57,441 bases of DNA, taken from NCBI GenBank assembly GCA_963991775.1, contig CAXDRM010000001.1, positions 1 to 57,441 of the forward strand, written 5' to 3'. How positions within the stretch are numbered: the stretch's first letter is position 1; each line of letters opens with the position of its first letter. Position numbers and translations under genes: made by a program. The DNA is from an uncultured Rickettsiales bacterium (lineage in GTDB: Bacteria; Pseudomonadota; Alphaproteobacteria; Rickettsiales; JABIRX01). Below the pieces are notes generated by a model. The model was given only the letters and a program-made list of their open reading frames with translations, had not been told where the DNA came from and ran no database searches. This document shows positions 46,307 through 54,781 of this stretch, in pieces.

Positions 46307-48265
46307 CTACTCTTCATTAATTTTAGTAACTATAGTAGCAATCAAATCATTCAAATCTTCTTGGCCGCTATTATCAATAATCTCAGCTCCTTCAGGTACT
46401 ATCAAAGGGGCCACTTTGCGACTTTTATCAGCCTCATCACGTGCAGCTAAATCAGTGGCAATTTGCTCTGCCGAAATATTATGCTCTAAATAATAGCTTT
46501 TATTTTGCACAAAACGTCGTTCAGCTCGTACTTGCAAAGCAGCATCAACATAATATTTATGTTCAGCTTGCGGGTAAATCACACTACCTGTATCTCGTCC
46601 ATCTAAAACTACATTATGATGCTTAGCTATAAAACCATGTTGGTAGCTTAACAAAGCTTTTCTTACTTCTGGTAAAGCAGCTATTTTAGCAGCAAAATTA
46701 CCCACATCATCATTAAGCAATTTATCCAATGATAAAATCTCTGGGCTAATTTGTTCAGTTAATTGCGTTAATTGATTTGTAAAATTATCTTGCTGCTCAC
46801 TAGTAATAATTAAATAAGCCAAAGCGCGATATAATTTTCCAGTATCAAGATATTTGTAACCTAAATTATTAGCAACAGCCCGTGCAATAGTACCTTTACC
46901 TGAACCTGCGGTACCATCAACTGTAACTACATTATAAAATTGATTTTGCTCTAAAGACAAACCTAGTTTGGCAAAACAGCCAAAAAACTCAGGAAAACTA
47001 GTGGCTATCATTGCTGTATCATCTATCTCTAAGCCTTCTTCTAAAACCATACCTAAAACAATGAAAGACATTGCAATACGATGATCATCATAAGTTTTGA
47101 TAATCTCACTTGCTGCAATTTTACTAGTTGCTTCAGGATCAATTTCTAACCAATCCGCTCCTGAAGTAACTGCTACACCACAATTTAACAGATTTTCTTC
47201 AATAGCAGCTAAACGATTACTTTCTTTAACCTTTAATTCTTTTAAACCATTCATCCGAGTTTTACCTTTAGCAAAGCAAGATAATACAGCCAAAATAGGA
47301 TATTCATCTATCATAGCTGGTGCTAACTCAGCAGGAATATTAAACCCGGTTAATTGTGAATATTTTACATAAAGATCAGCAACCTGCTCACCCGAAACTT
47401 CACGCTGATTTTTAAATTCTAATTGCGCACCCATTTTGAGCAATACTTCGTAAAATCCTATACGCAATTTATTAACTAAAACATTCGTAATAGTTATTTC
47501 AGAACCTGGAATTAAAAGAGCTGCTGCCGCAATAAAAGCAGCAGAAGATGGATCACCCGAAATTGTAATATCTTTTGCTGGCAGATCTTCTATAGCATTA
47601 ATTTTTATAGTTTTTTTCTGCTCAGCAAATTCTTCTTTCAAATCAAAACCTAAATATTTAAGCATGATCTCAGTATGATCTCTGGTTAGTTCAATTTCGG
47701 TGATTTGTGATTCACCATGCGCATTTAACGCAGCAAAAATCAAAGCCGATTTAACTTGCGCTGATGGTACATTCACTAGATGCTCAATCGCCACAGCCTC
47801 ATCATTACCAATTAAAGTCACTGGCAAGAAATTTTCTTCACGCGCAATAAAATTAGCACCATATTTTTTGAGAGGATCCATCACACGAGACATAGGACGC
47901 GAACTTAAACTTTGGTCACCAGTAAAAATGGCTTTTACTTTTTGCGTAGAGAGTAAACCCATTAATAATCTTGAACCTGTACCTGAATTACCTAGATCCA
48001 ATACAGCTTCTGGATTCATTAAACTACCTAAACCACAACCTGAAACCACATAATCTAAGCCTTGTTTTTCAATTAGCACCCCTAAATTTTTTAAAGCGTT
48101 AGCTGTAGAGAGAACATCTCCTGATTCTAACAGGCCAGAAATTTTAACCTCACCCACCAACTGTGAAGCTATCATCAAAGCGCGTTGTGAACATGATTTA
48201 TCCCCGGGAACGCTTAACTCACCTTGCAAAGCTATATCTTGTTTTTTAACAAAAAAATGAGTCAT
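46307..48265 (-). CDS. aroA: Fusion protein: 3-phosphoshikimate 1-carboxyvinyltransferase (EPSP synthase) plus cytidylate kinase
   Basis: The N-terminal ~440 aa is EPSP synthase (PGDKSCSQRALM, LGNSGTGSRLL, LKVKESNR, DHRIAMSF). The C-terminal ~210 aa is Cmk (VVTVDGTAGSGKGTIARAVA..LGY.YLDTG.LYRA). It is one uninterrupted ORF. Confidence 0.9.
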   Translation of the reverse strand: MTHFFVKKQDIALQGELSVPGDKSCSQRALMIASQLVGEVKISGLLESGDVLSTANALKNLGVLIEKQGLDYVVSGCGLGSLMNPEAVLDLGNSGTGSRLLMGLLSTQKVKAIFTGDQSLSSRPMSRVMDPLKKYGANFIAREENFLPVTLIGNDEAVAIEHLVNVPSAQVKSALIFAALNAHGESQITEIELTRDHTEIMLKYLGFDLKEEFAEQKKTIKINAIEDLPAKDITISGDPSSAAFIAAAALLIPGSEITITNVLVNKLRIGFYEVLLKMGAQLEFKNQREVSGEQVADLYVKYSQLTGFNIPAELAPAMIDEYPILAVLSCFAKGKTRMNGLKELKVKESNRLAAIEENLLNCGVAVTSGADWLEIDPEATSKIAASEIIKTYDDHRIAMSFIVLGMVLEEGLEIDDTAMIATSFPEFFGCFAKLGLSLEQNQFYNVVTVDGTAGSGKGTIARAVANNLGYKYLDTGKLYRALAYLIITSEQQDNFTNQLTQLTEQISPEILSLDKLLNDDVGNFAAKIAALPEVRKALLSYQHGFIAKHHNVVLDGRDTGSVIYPQAEHKYYVDAALQVRAERRFVQNKSYYLEHNISAEQIATDLAARDEADKSRKVAPLIVPEGAEIIDNSGQEDLNDLIATIVTKINEE

Positions 48266-48420
48266 AACGGCAAAATCGAAATTTTAGAGTTAACAGAGAC
48301 TAGTAAACCAACCTAAAAATACACGTAAAAATTGAATTGTGCCTTTTGTTTTTTAGTTGCTATATGGGTTTATAAACCCTAGAATATACGCAACTTTAAG
48401 GAGGAAGCACATCTCGAATA

Positions 48421-48864
48421 ATGATAATAAGGAGATTAAAATTAATAGCACTATTTTTTTTGAGTAGTTGTGCTTGGTCACTACCTGCCGATATATATAC
48501 CTACCCGATACCTTCATATAATAACTATTATTCGCCGCCACCGCCAGCATATTATCAAAACGAACAACAGCCAGCTGGACGACCACCTGCTGGATCTAAT
48601 AATAATCAAAACCCACGAAATCCAACTGGCAATCGTGATTACGATAATTACTATCGTCCACCACAACAAAATCGCTTACCGCAACAAAATTATTATCCTA
48701 ATAACAATCCTAATTATTACAATAATCCTAATCCAAATAGCTATTATAACAATAATTACGGCTATCCTCCACAAGATAACGACTCTAACTATTATTATAA
48801 TAACAATAATGATAGTGACCCTGATAACAGATATATAATAAATGATTATGATATCGGCCGCTAA
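48421..48864 (+). CDS. Putative lipoprotein with an extreme N/Y/P/Q-rich low-complexity body
   Basis: Lipobox LSSC after a hydrophobic leader (LKLIALFFLSSC), then about 125 aa dominated by N, Y, P and Q (YYPNNNPNYYNNPNPNSYYNNNYGYPPQ). The frame was chosen for its signal peptide. The SD AAGGAGGA lies 15 nt upstream, which is rather far. Confidence 0.45.
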   Translation: MIIRRLKLIALFFLSSCAWSLPADIYTYPIPSYNNYYSPPPPAYYQNEQQPAGRPPAGSNNNQNPRNPTGNRDYDNYYRPPQQNRLPQQNYYPNNNPNYYNNPNPNSYYNNNYGYPPQDNDSNYYYNNNNDSDPDNRYIINDYDIGR

Positions 48865-49819
48865 AAAAAATATTTGGGTGCTAGATGATGGCAGACCAGG
48901 CAATACTAACCAAGCTAAAGCAATTGCACATTATTTGGGAGATAACAGCAATATTCAATATATACCGCTACATTTTAGCAGGTTAATTTCCTTACCTAAT
49001 TTACTTAGTAAAGTGTTCAAAGCTGCAACAAATCTAAAAGAGCATATTGATAGCCAGCCTAAACCAGATCTGGTTATTTCTTCAGGTAGAAGATCTGCCT
49101 TAGCTGCGTTACAACTTAAAAAGATTTTTCCTTCAGTAAAAATTGTACAAAATTTAAGACCCAATTTACCAGCTAAGAATTTCGATTTTATCGTCACACC
49201 TGTGCATGATAATTATCAATATGCTGATTATCAGACCATAATTTCACCTAATATCGTGAATGGTAAGCAAATGGATAAAGCACGAAATCAATTCCCAGAA
49301 TTTCAGATTACAGAAAAAATCTTCTTTATAGCTTTAGGTGGGGACACTAAAAATAACATTGTTTCAGGCAGCACCTTACGCAAATTTTGTGACAATGTTG
49401 AAAATATTGCCAAAAATGACAATATTAAAATATATATTTGTACTAGTAGAAGAACTAATCGTAAATATCACGAAATATTGCGTGAACGTCTGAGCAGCAT
49501 TGCCAAAATTTATTTTTGGGAAAACACTATCAAGCACAACCCATATCTAGCTTTACTGAGCTATGCTAATTATTTAGCAGTAACCCAAGATTCTATCTCA
49601 ATGATTGGTGAATGTTTAGCGACAGGTAAACCAACCTATGTATTTTCTGAAGGATTTGGCGATAGTAAACATCAAGAATTTTGCACCAATTTAACGGAAC
49701 AAAAATTAATCAGAGATATGCAAGATCTTAATCATAAACCACCAGCAAATTGGAAATATTCAGCAGTAAATGAAGCACAAAACTGTGCTAAACTGATTGT
49801 TAAGAAATTTGCTTTATAA
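48842..49819 (+). CDS. ELM1 / GtrOC1-like putative glycosyltransferase ('mitochondrial fission ELM1' family)
   Basis: IWVLDDGRPGNTNQAKAIAHYLG at the N-terminus and a size of ~320 aa match the family as I recall it. The start is ambiguous (48842 or 48848). Confidence 0.65.
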   Translation: MIMISAAKKNIWVLDDGRPGNTNQAKAIAHYLGDNSNIQYIPLHFSRLISLPNLLSKVFKAATNLKEHIDSQPKPDLVISSGRRSALAALQLKKIFPSVKIVQNLRPNLPAKNFDFIVTPVHDNYQYADYQTIISPNIVNGKQMDKARNQFPEFQITEKIFFIALGGDTKNNIVSGSTLRKFCDNVENIAKNDNIKIYICTSRRTNRKYHEILRERLSSIAKIYFWENTIKHNPYLALLSYANYLAVTQDSISMIGECLATGKPTYVFSEGFGDSKHQEFCTNLTEQKLIRDMQDLNHKPPANWKYSAVNEAQNCAKLIVKKFAL

Positions 49820-49821
49820 AC

Positions 49822-49879
49822 TTAACCTTGCCCTTCGGCCAGTTCTTCGCTTAAGCTCGAACGCTCAGGGACCGGTTAA
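49822..49879. repeat. GC-rich palindromic intergenic element, family B
   Basis: ttaaccttgcccttcggccagttcttcgcttaagctcgaacgctcagggaccggttaa has ttaacc/ggttaa termini. Its reverse complement (ttaaccggtccctgagcgttcgagc) resembles 57415-57439. It sits between the convergent ELM1-like gene and tyrS. Confidence 0.6.
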
Positions 49880-49900
49880 TAAAAAGAAAAAGGAAATATA

Positions 49901-51148
49901 TTAAGCAACTTTGAGCAAAGCATGGCGCTTCTTACCTGCCGAGACCTTAAGCTGAGTAGCACCTGCAAAATCTTTTACCGTTACTAAATAAAGCGGATCT
50001 TTAATTTGCTGCTCACCCAACTTGCCACCACCTCCAAGAATTATCCTCTTTGCTTCACCGCGTGAAGCCACGATACCTGTATTGGCAATTAAAGCACTAA
50101 AAGCTATACCTGATTCTAATTCAGCTTGACTTAGTTCTAACACTGGCAAATCATCTCCAATTGCAGATTCCTTAAAAACTTGACTAGCAGTTTGCTGAGC
50201 TTTTTGCGCTGCTTGTTCACCATGACAAATTTTTGTTGCTTCAAAGGCTAGAATTTCTTTAGCTTTATTAATTTCTTGGCCCTCTAATTTAGCCAGATCA
50301 GCTATTTGAGCTTCAGCCAACTCAGTAAAATAATTTAAAAATGCTACTACCTTATCATCGGTAATATTTCTAAAAAATTGATAATAATCATAAGCAGAAA
50401 ATAGCTCAGTATCTAACCATACTGCCCCTTGCTCAGTTTTACCCATTTTTTTACCATCACTAGTGGTAAGCAATGGGGTAGTTAAACCATAAACTTCACC
50501 TAAATCAGGATTGACCTTACGATTTAACTCAACACCATTAACGATGTTACCCCATTGGTCAGAACCACCAATTTGCAAATAACAATTATGATTTTTACGC
50601 AGCTGGGTAAAATCATAAGCTTGTAAAATCATATAATTAAATTCTAAAAAGCTCAGATTTTGTTCACGCTCTAAACGTTGCTTCACCGACTCATAACGTA
50701 GCATTTGGTTAACTGAAAATTTACTACCAATCTCGCGCAAAAAATCTAAATAGTTAAAATCTTTAAGCCAATCATCATTATCTAAAATTAGGGGCTCAGT
50801 AGGGCCTGCTGAAAAATCTAAAAACTTATGAAAAACCTTAGCTATAGCTTGTTTATTTTCTGCTATAACTTCTGGTGTAAGCACTTTTCTAGTTTGATCT
50901 TTACCCGAAGGATCTCCGATTTTAGTAGTGGCACCACCAAGTAAAATTATCGGACGATGACCATGTTGCTGAAAAATTCTAAGCAACATAATTTGAATCA
51001 AACTTCCAACATGCAAAGATTTACCTGTTAGATCAAAACCTGCATAAAGCGAAATTTTTTTATTATCTAACAGCTTCTCAATATTAGTTGAATCTGTAGT
51101 TTGATAGATGAATTTTCTGTTAGTAAGATATTTAAATAAATTAGTCAT
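49901..51148 (-). CDS. tyrS: Tyrosine--tRNA ligase
   Basis: A HIGH-like HVGSL, KMGKT (KMSKS) and a C-terminal S4-like domain. Confidence 0.95.
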   Translation of the reverse strand: MTNLFKYLTNRKFIYQTTDSTNIEKLLDNKKISLYAGFDLTGKSLHVGSLIQIMLLRIFQQHGHRPIILLGGATTKIGDPSGKDQTRKVLTPEVIAENKQAIAKVFHKFLDFSAGPTEPLILDNDDWLKDFNYLDFLREIGSKFSVNQMLRYESVKQRLEREQNLSFLEFNYMILQAYDFTQLRKNHNCYLQIGGSDQWGNIVNGVELNRKVNPDLGEVYGLTTPLLTTSDGKKMGKTEQGAVWLDTELFSAYDYYQFFRNITDDKVVAFLNYFTELAEAQIADLAKLEGQEINKAKEILAFEATKICHGEQAAQKAQQTASQVFKESAIGDDLPVLELSQAELESGIAFSALIANTGIVASRGEAKRIILGGGGKLGEQQIKDPLYLVTVKDFAGATQLKVSAGKKRHALLKVA

Positions 51149-51155
51149 ATATTAT

Positions 51156-51827
51156 TTATTCTTCACTATTAAGACCCTTAATATTTGCCAAAGCAACTAG
51201 ATACCACACATTTTTATGTTGCTCATAAACTAATCTTAAGATTGACCATTCTTTGCCTAGCACTGCTGTTTCATTAATATGAAACTCTACTACAATTGCA
51301 GCTGGATATATTCTTCTGATATTTTCAACTATATTAACTCTGCTATGTTGCGGATTATAATATATTTCATCAAAATTTTTATAATCCTCATCATAAATAT
51401 AATTATCATAATAATCGGCAAAATTCATTTTGATAGCTTGGTTAGCACTATCCTTACCCCAAACTAGCTCTTTCTCTGAACCATAAAATTCTGACCAATC
51501 ATTAGCAGAAACTATAATATCCTTAGTCAAAAAGTATGATTGCGGACTAAAACGCAAACCTTTCTTCGGATGAATAAAACTCTCTAAAAATTTAAAATTT
51601 TGAAAACGAATAGCTTTTAAAATCGTTTTATTTTGCTCTTTAATGACAAATTCTGCTTCTTCAGCAGGCAAGATTATAGGAACTTCTTCTTGCTGAATTA
51701 TCTTATCCAATAATTGCTCTTGTTTGAGGTAATCAACCCCAAAAAAAACAAATACAAAGAGAAAAATAATTGAGAAAAAAATCAGATTATTTCTACGCTC
51801 TATATTACGATGAGAAGTTTTAGCCAT
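51156..51827 (-). CDS. Hypothetical membrane-anchored protein
   Basis: A single N-terminal TM helix (NLIFFSIIFLFVFVFFGV). It overlaps the cimA 3' end by 8 nt. No family recognised. Confidence 0.5.
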   Translation of the reverse strand: MAKTSHRNIERRNNLIFFSIIFLFVFVFFGVDYLKQEQLLDKIIQQEEVPIILPAEEAEFVIKEQNKTILKAIRFQNFKFLESFIHPKKGLRFSPQSYFLTKDIIVSANDWSEFYGSEKELVWGKDSANQAIKMNFADYYDNYIYDEDYKNFDEIYYNPQHSRVNIVENIRRIYPAAIVVEFHINETAVLGKEWSILRLVYEQHKNVWYLVALANIKGLNSEE

Positions 51828-53421
51828 CGAGTTGACCGTTTTTAGAAAAGAGTAACAAATAATTTATCGCATCATCAAGAGCCATATATGAGGCATCTAT
51901 TACGTCAGTACCCACACCAACTGATACCCAGCGCTTACCCTGCTCATCCGTAGTCTCAACTAAGACTCTAATTAAAGCGCTAGTAGCAGCATCAGAATTT
52001 AAAATTCTTACTTTATAATCACTAAGACGGCATTTTTCTAGAATAGGATAATAGCTAGCTAATGCTTTACGAAAAGCACCATCTAAAGCTGCTACCGGAC
52101 CATTACCTTCTGCTACCTGAATAACTAATTTATTGAAAATCTCTAATTTTAAAATCGCATCAGAACTATTAACCCATTCACCTTTACTATTAAGACGCTT
52201 CTCATTAATAACCTTATAGCTATCTAATTTGTAAAATTCTTGCTTACCCGAAAAAACACGCATTGCCAATAAAGCAAAACTCGCATCTGCTAGATCATAG
52301 GCGAAACCTTCCGCTTCTTTTTGTTTTACTCTATCGATTAATTCCGCAAGCTTTTCTTCTATAATTTCAATACCCAAATCTTCAAGACGAGATACTATTG
52401 AAGCACGACCAGATTGGTTAGATACTAAAATATTACGCGTATTTCCAACTAATGCTGGATCAAGATGCTCATAGCTTGCGGTATTTTTAAGCATTGCTGA
52501 TGCATGCAAACCGCCCTTATGCGCAAAAGCAGCAGAACCAACATATGGTGCATAAGGATCAGCAGGATAATTCAACAAATCACATAGATAATTAGCCAAA
52601 GATTTTAGCTTGTTTAAACTCTCTGCTGTGACCGCAATATCATAATCTAATTTAAATTTTAAAGTGGGTAAGAGACTAGTTAAATTGGCATTACCACAAC
52701 GTTCGCCTAAACCATTTAAAGTACCTTGCACTTGACGCACACCTGCTCTAACTGCAGCTAAAGAATTTGCCACAGCATTATCTGTATCATTATGACAATG
52801 AATACCTAATTTATCTCCTGGCATGACTTTAGTAACTTTGCTGACAATATCATAGATTTCATCAGGTAAAGTACCGCCATTAGTATCACACATAACCACC
52901 CATCTAGCACCAGCTTGATACGCAGCCTCTATTACTTTTATGCTATATTCCGGATTAGCTTTATAACCATCAAAAAAATGCTCCGCATCAAAAAACACTT
53001 CTTTGCCAGCATTTTTAAGGGCCGCAATAGAGGATTTAACTATAGCTAAATTATCTTCTAAAGAAATTTTTAAAGCCTCGGTTACATGAAAATCCCAGCT
53101 TTTACCAACTATAGTGACGATTTTAACTGAGGATTTTAAGATATTATTAAAACCTTTATCCTCTTCTGGCTTAATGCCAAAACGATGCGTCATCCCAAAA
53201 GCAGTGATTTCAGAATTTTCTAACTCAGGCAAATCAGCAAAAAAACCAGTATCAGTAGGATTTGCACCTGGCCAACCAGCTTCGATATAATCCACACCTA
53301 ATTCATCTAACTTTCTAGCTAAATCTAATTTATTTTCTAAAGTAAAATCTACAAAAGAAGTCTGACCACCATCACGCAGCGTAGTATCATATATATATAT
53401 TTTATCAGCTTTATTCGACAT
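51820..53421 (-). CDS. cimA: Citramalate synthase-type LeuA-family enzyme (2-isopropylmalate/citramalate synthase)
   Basis: IYDTTLRDGGQ, HCHNDTDNAVANSLAAVRAG and a C-terminal LeuA-dimer-like domain. The ~530-aa size fits the CimA (TIGR00977-like) subgroup better than LeuA. Confidence 0.65.
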   Translation of the reverse strand: MSNKADKIYIYDTTLRDGGQTSFVDFTLENKLDLARKLDELGVDYIEAGWPGANPTDTGFFADLPELENSEITAFGMTHRFGIKPEEDKGFNNILKSSVKIVTIVGKSWDFHVTEALKISLEDNLAIVKSSIAALKNAGKEVFFDAEHFFDGYKANPEYSIKVIEAAYQAGARWVVMCDTNGGTLPDEIYDIVSKVTKVMPGDKLGIHCHNDTDNAVANSLAAVRAGVRQVQGTLNGLGERCGNANLTSLLPTLKFKLDYDIAVTAESLNKLKSLANYLCDLLNYPADPYAPYVGSAAFAHKGGLHASAMLKNTASYEHLDPALVGNTRNILVSNQSGRASIVSRLEDLGIEIIEEKLAELIDRVKQKEAEGFAYDLADASFALLAMRVFSGKQEFYKLDSYKVINEKRLNSKGEWVNSSDAILKLEIFNKLVIQVAEGNGPVAALDGAFRKALASYYPILEKCRLSDYKVRILNSDAATSALIRVLVETTDEQGKRWVSVGVGTDVIDASYMALDDAINYLLLFSKNGQLDG

Positions 53422-53425
53422 TATA

Positions 53426-54781
53426 TTAGCTTTTTGGTTTTACAATTACCTCACCTCCCTTAGCATAACTAAGTTCGTAACCTAATTCTATAATTTTATC
53501 ACGCAGCTGATCAGCCAATTGATAATCTTTATTCATGCGCGCATTTTGAATTTGTTTAGCCATATCGCTAATCTCTGCTGGTAATTCAACTTTTTTTGAC
53601 TTAGTCGCAAAACCTAAGAAATCTACTATTCTCACAAATTCTTGTAATTTTTCTGCATCATCATTGCTATTTAACTCTTTAAGCAAAGCAAATAAATAAG
53701 CCATAGCTTCCGATATATTTAAATCATCACAAAGCGGCGCTAAAAAACCTGCAGGCAATGGTTGCGTCTTATCTATCTCGCCTGAAAATTTCTCTAAGAT
53801 ATTATCGATACGTGCGATATTTTTGCGCGCTTCTTCTAAAATTTTAAAATTATAATCAAGAGGTTTACGATAATGAGTACTTAAAAAAATATAACGTAAA
53901 ACTCTACCAGAAACACCTTCACTTAAAATCTCTTTAACCGTGATAAAATTGCCCAGAGATTTACTCATCTTCTCGCCATTAACCGTTAAAAAACCATTAT
54001 GCACCCAAAAATTTGCATATTGGGCATCTGGATGAGCAGCACAGCTTTGTGCAATTTCATTTTCATGATGTGGAAATTTAAGATCAGCACCACCGCCATG
54101 AATATCAAAATCTTTACCTAAATATTTAGTACTAAGTGCAGAACACTCAATATGCCAACCTGGCCTACCTTTACTCCAAGGACTCTCAAAAACTGCTGAA
54201 ACATCATCTGTATCTTTAGCAGGTTTCCATAACACAAAATCTTCAGGAGCTTTTTTTAAATCTGATATTTCAATACGTGCCCCTTGTAATAAATCTTCGA
54301 TTTTACGCCCTGAGAGCTTACCATATTCCTTAAATTTATTTACTGCGAAATAAACATGACCCGCACTTTCATAAGCATAGCCTTGCTCTATTAATTTACT
54401 TACCAAATCTGTAATCTCTGTAATATGCTCAGTTACTTTGGGCTCAAAAGTTGGCGCTAAATTATTCAGCTGTAACATATCACTTTGAAATTCTTCAAGC
54501 ACTTCTGTAGTTAACTCAGCAATGCTTATTTCTTTAGCCAAAGCTGCTTGGTTAATTTTATCATCAACATCTGTAATATTACGCACATAGGTTACTTGCG
54601 GATATAATTCTTTAAGCACGCGATAAAGCAAATCATAGATAACTGTAGAACGTGCATTACCTAAATGCGGACTAGCATATACAGTTGGACCACAAACATA
54701 CATAGTGACATTTTTCTCATCAAGCGGAGTAAAAGACTCTTTTTGACGAGATAGGCTATTATAAAGCTGTAAATTACTCAT
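53426..54781 (-). CDS. cysS: Cysteine--tRNA ligase
   Basis: MYVCGPTVY...HLGNAR (HIGH), KMSKSLGN and GWHIECS. Confidence 0.95.
   Translation of the reverse strand: MSNLQLYNSLSRQKESFTPLDEKNVTMYVCGPTVYASPHLGNARSTVIYDLLYRVLKELYPQVTYVRNITDVDDKINQAALAKEISIAELTTEVLEEFQSDMLQLNNLAPTFEPKVTEHITEITDLVSKLIEQGYAYESAGHVYFAVNKFKEYGKLSGRKIEDLLQGARIEISDLKKAPEDFVLWKPAKDTDDVSAVFESPWSKGRPGWHIECSALSTKYLGKDFDIHGGGADLKFPHHENEIAQSCAAHPDAQYANFWVHNGFLTVNGEKMSKSLGNFITVKEILSEGVSGRVLRYIFLSTHYRKPLDYNFKILEEARKNIARIDNILEKFSGEIDKTQPLPAGFLAPLCDDLNISEAMAYLFALLKELNSNDDAEKLQEFVRIVDFLGFATKSKKVELPAEISDMAKQIQNARMNKDYQLADQLRDKIIELGYELSYAKGGEVIVKPKS

Noticed and set aside
48353-48903. Several ORFs overlap the N/Y/P-rich region (48353..48586 minus, 48470..48838 plus, 48676..48903 minus).
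   Set aside because: These are low-complexity Ile/Thr- or Ile/Val-rich translations caused by the compositional bias. None has an export signal or a plausible start. The 48421 frame is preferred, with moderate confidence only.
34075-51467. Short ORFs lie antisense to or out of frame within well-supported genes: 34075..34275, 34348..34539, 35820..36155, 36608..36907, 37019..37312, 43105..43320, 43125..43313, 44634..44969, 46441..46626, 47097..47372, 47700..48053, 48955..49197 and 51279..51467.
   Set aside because: The reasoning is the same. They are nested in the 846-aa ORF, virB11, virB10, pgk, rpsA, aroA-cmk, the ELM1-like gene or the 223-aa ORF, and show no independent coding evidence.
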